Shown here: in pieces, positions 16,726-22,574 of the stretch
How the letters are laid out: every line of letters begins with the position of its first letter
Position numbering within the stretch: position 1 is the stretch's first letter
Source: a candidate division WWE3 bacterium RIFCSPHIGHO2_01_FULL_42_13
Lineage (GTDB): Bacteria > Patescibacteriota > WWE3 > UBA101185 > UBA10185
Assembly: GCA_001772625.1 (NCBI GenBank)
Contig: MEVA01000003.1
Span: 1-42,789 of the forward strand
DNA length: 42,789 nucleotides
Direction of reading: 5' to 3'
Notes under the pieces: generated by a model
What the model saw: the letters and a program-made list of their open reading frames with translations, nothing else
What the model was told of the DNA's origin: nothing
Databases searched by the model: none
Made by a program: the position numbers and the translations under genes

Positions 16726-17334
16726 TTAATTTACAATCAATGTCTTAACTATTGTTTGCAGAATTCCAATAGCTAGTAATACAAATAATAAGCCCATTAT
16801 AGCAGAAGTTAAATGTTCCTTGCCTTCCTGTGTTCTCGCGGGATCTCCCTGACTGGTCATTAACATGTATCCGGCCCTTCCTATTAAGAGCACCCCTATT
16901 ATTATTGATATGGGTAGGAGTATGTCAAAGATAATGTTTATAAACGTTTCAAATGCGTCTGGGTCCCCGGGGGTAGGAGGTTGTGGCCCCGTGCACCGAC
17001 AGTTACCAGAGGCATCACATTGCCCGCCGATATATCCACCTGCAATACATGCGGCGCTGCACGCCTGGTTGCAGGCTGGGGTACCGCCCGTTCCCCCACA
17101 GTTAATGGGCGGGTCGCCACTGCACTGGCATTCGAAATGCCCGCTGTTAGTCATACAGCAAGCAACAAAACTCTGATTCAAGGTGTCACACGTTTGCCTG
17201 CAGGTGGCTTCTGTCTGAGCGTTACAGGATGCACCCAGGGCAAACTCCTTGGTGCTTAACGAAAAAAACACTATCAGCAATATGCTAACAAATAAAAATA
17301 CTCTGACTGATTTGCTTTGATATAATGCGTTCAT
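16726..17334 (-). CDS. Secreted fusion protein: two tandem 7-Cys defensin-like (CS-alpha/beta-pattern) modules + Pro-rich linker + C-terminal VirB2-like pilin domain
   Basis: Signal peptide MNALYQSKSVRVFLFVSILLIVFFSLSTKEFALGA. The Cys-rich region (16993-17226) holds 14 Cys. The C-terminal pilin motif is RAGYMLMTSQGDPARTQEGKEHLTSAIMG between two TM helices. I chose ATG 17334; a GTG at 17340 is an alternative. Confidence 0.7.
   Translation of the reverse strand: MNALYQSKSVRVFLFVSILLIVFFSLSTKEFALGASCNAQTEATCRQTCDTLNQSFVACCMTNSGHFECQCSGDPPINCGGTGGTPACNQACSAACIAGGYIGGQCDASGNCRCTGPQPPTPGDPDAFETFINIIFDILLPISIIIGVLLIGRAGYMLMTSQGDPARTQEGKEHLTSAIMGLLFVLLAIGILQTIVKTLIVN
17318..17326 (+). promoter_or_regulatory. 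Extended -10 promoter (TGaTATAAT) 6 nt upstream of ATG 17333
   Basis: ttTGaTATAATgcgttcATG. It lies inside the first codons of the divergent pilin-fusion gene. Confidence 0.45.
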
Positions 17335-19156
17335 GCCCACTGTCAGGAATTATCGAGGTTATGATACTACGAGTCAAGTATCCCTACTTTTCATAGCATT
17401 TTTTGTTATAACGTTTGCGTTGTTTGTACCTGTAGTTTTCGCAACTCATGAGTGTAAAGACAAGGAGGGGACCGAATTAGATGAATGCCTTGCCAATGCA
17501 AAATCAGCTGCCAGCGAAGACCTGTCGTCTGCAAGAAGCAGCCTAAACCGAGTTGTAGATGATATTAACAAGTACCTTAGCGAACTTTCCGTGACACAAA
17601 GCCAGATAGATCAGTTGCAGATAGACATAAACGGTGTTTATGCCGAGCTTTATAAAATAAATAATAATTTGGAAGTTAGAAGGGTTAGGTTGCAAGATAG
17701 CGTTTCGTTAAGAGATTCTGTTATTCGAGCCTACTATCAATCGGGAAAGCTTTCAGCTCTTGAGTTCTTTGTTTTACAAACCCCAAGTTTAAATGGCTTT
17801 AGACTTTCCTCCTTGGTTTACGCTTACGACAAATCAGTCACGGAGGAGGCCTTAAATATTATTAAGCGACTACATTTCGAAATAACAATTTTTGAAAAAG
17901 ATAAGGCGGAGGCCGAAGGTTTAAAAACTGAATTAGAAACAGCACAACAGAGGCTAATTTCGCTAAAGACTGATATTGATGCGAAACGTGCTCAGGCCGA
18001 AGCGGAAAAGGCTGAGTTGGGTGAGGAAATAGCTTCGCTGGAGCAAAAAATTGCGGATCTTTCGGCAAAGCAGCAGGCAATTTTGGCGGCCAAGGGTGGC
18101 GAAGGTGTTGTTAGTGGATATGAAGCAGGAGAATATGAGCTACCAGACCCTCCTTTTAGCCCGGCATTTGCGGCAATGAGTTACGGAGCTTACACACACT
18201 ACAACGGCATGAGCCAATACGGTGCAAGAGGTCGTGCGGAAGATGGGCAGAGTTACGAAAAGATTTTAAATCATTATTATGAAACCGATGTGAAAGATGA
18301 GTGGGACGACGATGGAGATGAAGAGATAGACGTTGAGGGTTATGGAGAAATGAGTTTTCAGGAATATCTTTATGGAATTGCTGAAATGCCAAGTAGTTGG
18401 CACGAAGAGGCGCTCAAAGCACAAGCAGTTGCCGCAAGAACATACGCATACCGCGCCGGTAAGCCGATTTGTACGAGTGATAGTTGCCAAGTTTTTAGTA
18501 TTTGTAAAGCGACTGGGGAATATCAGGATGGCACTACTGATGAGAACTGCGAGCAAAAGTATAATTCATCTGGTGCTTGGAGAGATGCAGTTGATGATAC
18601 GAATGGGAAAATTTTAGACGACCCTGAAACTTCGCAATATTCCTCAACAACCGGAGGGTATCTTAATCAATCTGGTTGGGATGCTGATGGAGATTGGCCA
18701 GGAGATGCATATGAGAAAAAAGGCAAATCGCCGTGGTTTTATAAAGCCTGGTATACCCAAACCTACAATGACAATTCCGACAAATGTGGCCGCTCAACCC
18801 CTTGGTTAGACGAAGAAGAAATGGCGGATATCTTGAATTCCTGGGTTGTGTGGTCAAAAGGCTCAGGCGATGAAAGGGATCATATCTCCCCTGTTACCAC
18901 AAGCTGTTGGGGAGGCGATCCATACTCTAACGATGAGATGAAGGACAAGGCTGACGATCACGGAGATTCTTACAGCAGTGTAAACAGCGTGTCCGTCGAT
19001 ATAGGCAATAACGGCCGTACCGCAACTGTTCACTTTGGAACAGATAACGGATCGGTAAACATTAGCGGAGAGGACTTTAAAACAGTTTTCAACTTAAGAG
19101 CGCCAGGTTACGTTTCTCTAAGAAGCAGGCTTTTTGATATTGAGATGGAAAATTAA
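17333..19156 (+). CDS. Secreted/anchored coiled-coil protein with a C-terminal SpoIID/LytB-type domain (peptidoglycan glycan-strand hydrolase)
   Basis: N-terminal hydrophobic segment, then a ~200-aa heptad-rich region (about 17495-18083) that resembles CwlO/PcsB N-domains. SpoIID signatures are MSQYGARGRAEDGQSYEKILNHYY and YLYGIAEMPSSWHEEALKAQAVAARTYAY. Confidence 0.78.
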   Translation: MPTVRNYRGYDTTSQVSLLFIAFFVITFALFVPVVFATHECKDKEGTELDECLANAKSAASEDLSSARSSLNRVVDDINKYLSELSVTQSQIDQLQIDINGVYAELYKINNNLEVRRVRLQDSVSLRDSVIRAYYQSGKLSALEFFVLQTPSLNGFRLSSLVYAYDKSVTEEALNIIKRLHFEITIFEKDKAEAEGLKTELETAQQRLISLKTDIDAKRAQAEAEKAELGEEIASLEQKIADLSAKQQAILAAKGGEGVVSGYEAGEYELPDPPFSPAFAAMSYGAYTHYNGMSQYGARGRAEDGQSYEKILNHYYETDVKDEWDDDGDEEIDVEGYGEMSFQEYLYGIAEMPSSWHEEALKAQAVAARTYAYRAGKPICTSDSCQVFSICKATGEYQDGTTDENCEQKYNSSGAWRDAVDDTNGKILDDPETSQYSSTTGGYLNQSGWDADGDWPGDAYEKKGKSPWFYKAWYTQTYNDNSDKCGRSTPWLDEEEMADILNSWVVWSKGSGDERDHISPVTTSCWGGDPYSNDEMKDKADDHGDSYSSVNSVSVDIGNNGRTATVHFGTDNGSVNISGEDFKTVFNLRAPGYVSLRSRLFDIEMEN

Positions 19157-19186
19157 AGAGACTAACCTGTAGGAAGCGCCGCCAGG

Positions 19187-19195
19187 TGTTATAAT
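19187..19195 (+). promoter_or_regulatory. Extended -10 promoter (TGtTATAAT) 7 nt upstream of ATG 19203
   Basis: ggTGtTATAATcccgttaATG with no SD. Confidence 0.45.
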
Positions 19196-19202
19196 CCCGT
19201 TA

Positions 19203-19784
19203 ATGATGAAGATACTTTATAGCTCGTTTTTGCGCGATCCGGAAAATGTTTGTTTTGAAGGTGAAGATAAGGATGAAAAAATTATTCTTGTTTTACGTCA
19301 GCATCTCATCACAAATACGCCATGGATTCTTTTTTCTGTTTTTCTTCTTTTCGCCCCGATTTTCTTGCCAATACTTTTAAGACTCAATCAAATAACCTTC
19401 TTTTCGTCGCTCCCTCTTTCGTATCGATTTATAATCGGAACTTTCTGGTACGTTTTCTTTTTTGGTTATCTCTTCACTTCATTTTTAGGTTGGTACTTTA
19501 CTGTGTATCTTGTAACAAATAAACGTCTTGTGGATATTGATTTTGAAGGGCTAATTCACAGAAGATTTTCAGACGCGCTTCTTTCAAATGTCGAAGATTT
19601 AACACACCAAATTAGCGGGGCGCTTCAAGTGATTTTTAATTATGGAACTTTACATATTCAAACGGCTGGAGAACATAGAGAGTTGGACTTTGAGGACATT
19701 CCGACCCCAACCAAGGTCCATGATATAGTATCTGATTTGTCGGCGGAGGCTCACAGAAAGCTTGGCCCGCGCCACGACGACTAA
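19203..19784 (+). CDS. Membrane protein with a bacterial PH (bPH/YdbT-like) domain
   Basis: Two TM helices, then VYLVTNKRLVDIDFEGLIHRRFSDALLSNVEDLTHQISGALQVIFNYGTLHIQTAG, which fits the bPH pattern. Confidence 0.5.
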   Translation: MMKILYSSFLRDPENVCFEGEDKDEKIILVLRQHLITNTPWILFSVFLLFAPIFLPILLRLNQITFFSSLPLSYRFIIGTFWYVFFFGYLFTSFLGWYFTVYLVTNKRLVDIDFEGLIHRRFSDALLSNVEDLTHQISGALQVIFNYGTLHIQTAGEHRELDFEDIPTPTKVHDIVSDLSAEAHRKLGPRHDD

Positions 19785-19791
19785 AAAAACA

Positions 19792-20013
19792 ATGATTAAT
19801 CTAATAAACCCCTCAGAATTATTGCCGCTAGTGAAAGTAACGATTTTAATCGCAGAGGGCCTTTACGCAATTTTTGCTTTTATAGTTGTTAGGCAGACTT
19901 CTTTAATGAATAAAACTTTTCAAACTGGCGCAGGGCTTCTGCTCAATCTTTTTTCAAGAACGCACTTTTTTGCCGTACTTGGGCTATTTGTACTGACCTT
20001 AATTATTTTATGA
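19792..20013 (+). CDS. Small two-TM membrane protein
   Basis: 73 aa from ATG 19792 (MINLINPSELLPLVKVTILIAEGLYAIFAFIVVRQ...). The earlier ORF start at 19762 would overlap the upstream gene. Its stop overlaps the next ATG (ATGA). Confidence 0.5.
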   Translation: MINLINPSELLPLVKVTILIAEGLYAIFAFIVVRQTSLMNKTFQTGAGLLLNLFSRTHFFAVLGLFVLTLIIL

Positions 20014-21665
20014 ACCTTACAACACGAATTCAAAAACTTTCAAAACCTCTACCCGAGCTTGCGAAGCAGTTTTCTTCTACGCTTACAATTGAGGCTGACG
20101 ATGTGGCGGGTTCAGAAAAGAAAGGAACTCTTTACGCGGCTTTTGATGTTTCAAGCAATACTTCCCTAGATCCGCTTCTTGTTACCAAAATTGTTCACGA
20201 TGTTTTACATGATTCCTACTACACTTCCGAAATAGTTTCGCCAATTCAATCTTTAGAAAAATCAATAGTTGCAGTTAAAGATAAAGTTACTGAACTTAGC
20301 ACCTTGGACTTTAATATTATAGCCGCAGCTCTTTGGGGAAATGTTTTATACATGGTTCAGTTTGGAAAAGGCGGAAGCTTTTTGGTTCGGGAGGGGGTTG
20401 TTAAATCCGTGAACTCCGCGACCGAAGGAAACTTTTCGGAAGCGTCGGGTGTTGTTAGAAGCGATGACGTAGTTATTATTGGCACCCAATCTTTTATCGA
20501 AAAGTACAACCCCAACGATTTAGTTACCGGTAGCGTTTCCTTTTCGGTGAGCGACTTGCCGGAAAGAGCCTCGGCTTTGTTAATTAAGTTTGATGAGGCC
20601 ACGAGCTCTATCTCAGAGGAGAAAACTTCACCGCCAAGTTCGCGGCCCGAACCAACCTTGAGTATCGCCAGAAAAGTTCCCGCCGAACTTCCAAAAATCA
20701 TATTGCGCTCCACCCGTTCGTTTAAAGTTAAACCCGCGTACCTGGCTGTTATCGCTATCTTAGTTTTGCTGGGAGGCTCAATTATTTGGACGGTTCAAAG
20801 CAGAAACAAGGCGGCCAAGGAAACAGCGGTTTCGGAAAGTACGGAAACCACAGAAAGCGTTTTGGGAGTTACGGAGCCCGATGTTTCAAAAGATGAAGAA
20901 TTTAAGATTTCACGAATTGACCCCGAAGCCTTTTACGATATAAAGATTGTTGATGCGGCGGCTTCCCCCACCGACATTACCGTCTTAGATAGCTCAGTTG
21001 TTGTAGTTGATCAAAGTTCCGGAAAGGTTTTTACCTCAAGCACCACAACACCAAAGTTTGTTGAAGAAGGGTTGGCGTTTCCGGGAATCAAGTCGGTCAC
21101 TTACTGGGGTGGCGATTTAGCATTTGTGGACAACGAAGGTTATAAAGTTTATTCAGAAGATGAACCGGCAGAAGTATTGGAAAGCTACGCGCAGACTGAT
21201 CTTGGGCCCTCGCACCCATACTTGGCATTTGTATATGCAGTTGTGGGTGACACTTTGAATAAATATGAAAAATCAACGGATGTTTTGGATGAAAGTGTGT
21301 GGGCGCAATCGTCTGTTTTGCAGGGTGCGATTTCTTTAGCGATTGATGGAAATATTTATGTTTTGAAGTCAGATGGCTCGCTTTTAAAGTTTTATACGGG
21401 AGAGCAAGTTTCGTTTGAAGTAACAGGTTTGGACAAAGGCTTTTTAAACCCAACCAAAGTTGTGAAAGATGTGGATTTGGTAAACATTTACGTTGCCGAT
21501 AGCGGAAACAACAGAGTTGTGGTTTTAGATGAGGCAGGAAATCTTGTTAAACAGTTTGTTGCTAATGGAGACACTTGGAATAACATTCGAAGTATTGGAG
21601 TTTCAAGAGACGAAACCACCCTTTTTGTTCTAAGTGGAAGCAAAGTTTACGAAGTTGCCTTGTAA
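20010..21665 (+). CDS. Single-pass membrane protein: cytoplasmic PP2C-like(?) N-domain, TM, extracytoplasmic NHL/beta-propeller-like repeats
   Basis: 551 aa with TM YLAVIAILVLLGGSIIW. The C-terminus carries repeats such as NIYVADSGNNRVVVLDEAGNLVKQF (NHL-like). The N-domain assignment is weak (GTLYAAFDVSS...AAALWGNVLYMVQFGKGGSFLVREG...VIIGTQSF). Confidence 0.4.
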   Translation: MNLTTRIQKLSKPLPELAKQFSSTLTIEADDVAGSEKKGTLYAAFDVSSNTSLDPLLVTKIVHDVLHDSYYTSEIVSPIQSLEKSIVAVKDKVTELSTLDFNIIAAALWGNVLYMVQFGKGGSFLVREGVVKSVNSATEGNFSEASGVVRSDDVVIIGTQSFIEKYNPNDLVTGSVSFSVSDLPERASALLIKFDEATSSISEEKTSPPSSRPEPTLSIARKVPAELPKIILRSTRSFKVKPAYLAVIAILVLLGGSIIWTVQSRNKAAKETAVSESTETTESVLGVTEPDVSKDEEFKISRIDPEAFYDIKIVDAAASPTDITVLDSSVVVVDQSSGKVFTSSTTTPKFVEEGLAFPGIKSVTYWGGDLAFVDNEGYKVYSEDEPAEVLESYAQTDLGPSHPYLAFVYAVVGDTLNKYEKSTDVLDESVWAQSSVLQGAISLAIDGNIYVLKSDGSLLKFYTGEQVSFEVTGLDKGFLNPTKVVKDVDLVNIYVADSGNNRVVVLDEAGNLVKQFVANGDTWNNIRSIGVSRDETTLFVLSGSKVYEVAL

Positions 21666-21677
21666 ACTTCTTTCGCC

Positions 21678-21683
21678 GATAAT
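21678..21683 (+). promoter_or_regulatory. -10 box (GATAAT) 6 nt upstream of the smpB ATG
   Basis: ccGATAATccccacATG with no SD. Confidence 0.4.
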
Positions 21684-21689
21684 CCCCAC

Positions 21690-22145
21690 ATGTTATTAGC
21701 TAGAAACCGTCGTGCTTATTACGACTACGAAATAATTGAAAAATTTATCGCAGGAATCGTTTTAAAGGGCTACGAAGTAAAAGCTTTGCGCGAGAAAAAA
21801 GCCAATTTTGATGGTTCGTACATTACCATTCGCCAAACAAATGTTTTTGTCGAAAACCTGCATATTGGAGCTTATTCGCGGCAAAGTCAGGAAATTGGTG
21901 AACAAGACACGCGTAAACCCCGTAAGCTTTTATTAAATAAGCGTGAAATTCAAAAGCTTAGGAAAGAGCTTGAGGAGAAGGGGAAAACGGCCGTCCCGCT
22001 TGCCTTGATCCTAAAGAATAACATGGTAAAATTGGAGCTTGCCGTGGTAAAAGGTAAAAAGCAGTTTGGCAAAAAGCAAACTGAGAAAGAACGGCAAATG
22101 AAAAAAGACATGGAACTTGAAGCAAAAGAGTTCAAACGTTTTTAA
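21690..22145 (+). CDS. smpB: SsrA-binding protein SmpB
   Basis: NRRAYYDYEIIEKFIAGIVLKGYEVKALR...KLLLNKREIQKL is the SmpB signature. It lies directly upstream of the tmRNA. Confidence 0.92.
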   Translation: MLLARNRRAYYDYEIIEKFIAGIVLKGYEVKALREKKANFDGSYITIRQTNVFVENLHIGAYSRQSQEIGEQDTRKPRKLLLNKREIQKLRKELEEKGKTAVPLALILKNNMVKLELAVVKGKKQFGKKQTEKERQMKKDMELEAKEFKRF

Positions 22146-22148
22146 CGT

Positions 22149-22542
22149 GGGGATGTCCTGGATTTGATTGGGGATTTAGGATATGGGAGCAAGCCGAGAT
22201 TGCCGGATTCTCGTAAAACGCCAGCAAAAACATAAATGCTGATTCAAACGAATTAGTAGGTGTGCCAGCAATGGCCACTGTCGCAGCCTAAGCTTATACT
22301 TGGTCTGCGGGACTTTTGATCTTCCGCCCGGAGAAGATTAAAAAGTCTTATACAACCGGGATGAGGAGTTTTGGAGCTGGTTCGACCAAGATTTCCGAGG
22401 GACAACAAAACCAAATAAAGAATCTATGAGGGGTTTAGGGTTTGTTAACTACCTTACCTTCTGAAGTAAAGTTAGCTAAAGCTTGTACACTTCTGTATTT
22501 CTGGTCTTCAAGACGCGGGTTCGATTCCCGCCATCTCCACCA
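22149..22542 (+). ncRNA. ssrA: Transfer-messenger RNA (tmRNA, ssrA)
   Basis: The 5' GGGGATG pairs with the 3' CATCTCC-A-CCA. T-arm is GCGGG-TTCGATT-CCCGC. The internal tag ORF from resume codon GCT 22238 to TAA 22289-22291 encodes ADSNELVGVPAMATVAA. Located 3 nt after smpB. Confidence 0.88.
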
Positions 22543-22574
22543 ACGGAAACTTTCCAGTGAGATATACTTGAAAA

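Noticed and set aside
16865-17259. Three overlapping ORFs (103, 60 and 92 aa) in other frames across the Cys-rich region
   Set aside because: They are a by-product of the locally GC-rich, stop-poor sequence that encodes Gly/Cys/Pro/Ala. The frame with a signal peptide, an ordered Cys pattern and a pilin domain is the coherent one.
5985-22542. The T4SS-like block as an integrative conjugative element or a genomic island targeted to ssrA
   Set aside because: No integrase, relaxase, VirD4, replication or partition genes are present. I could find no direct repeat of the ssrA 3' end. The block lies on the 5' side of ssrA and is flanked by core genes (dnaN, smpB). I cannot exclude an ancient domesticated element.
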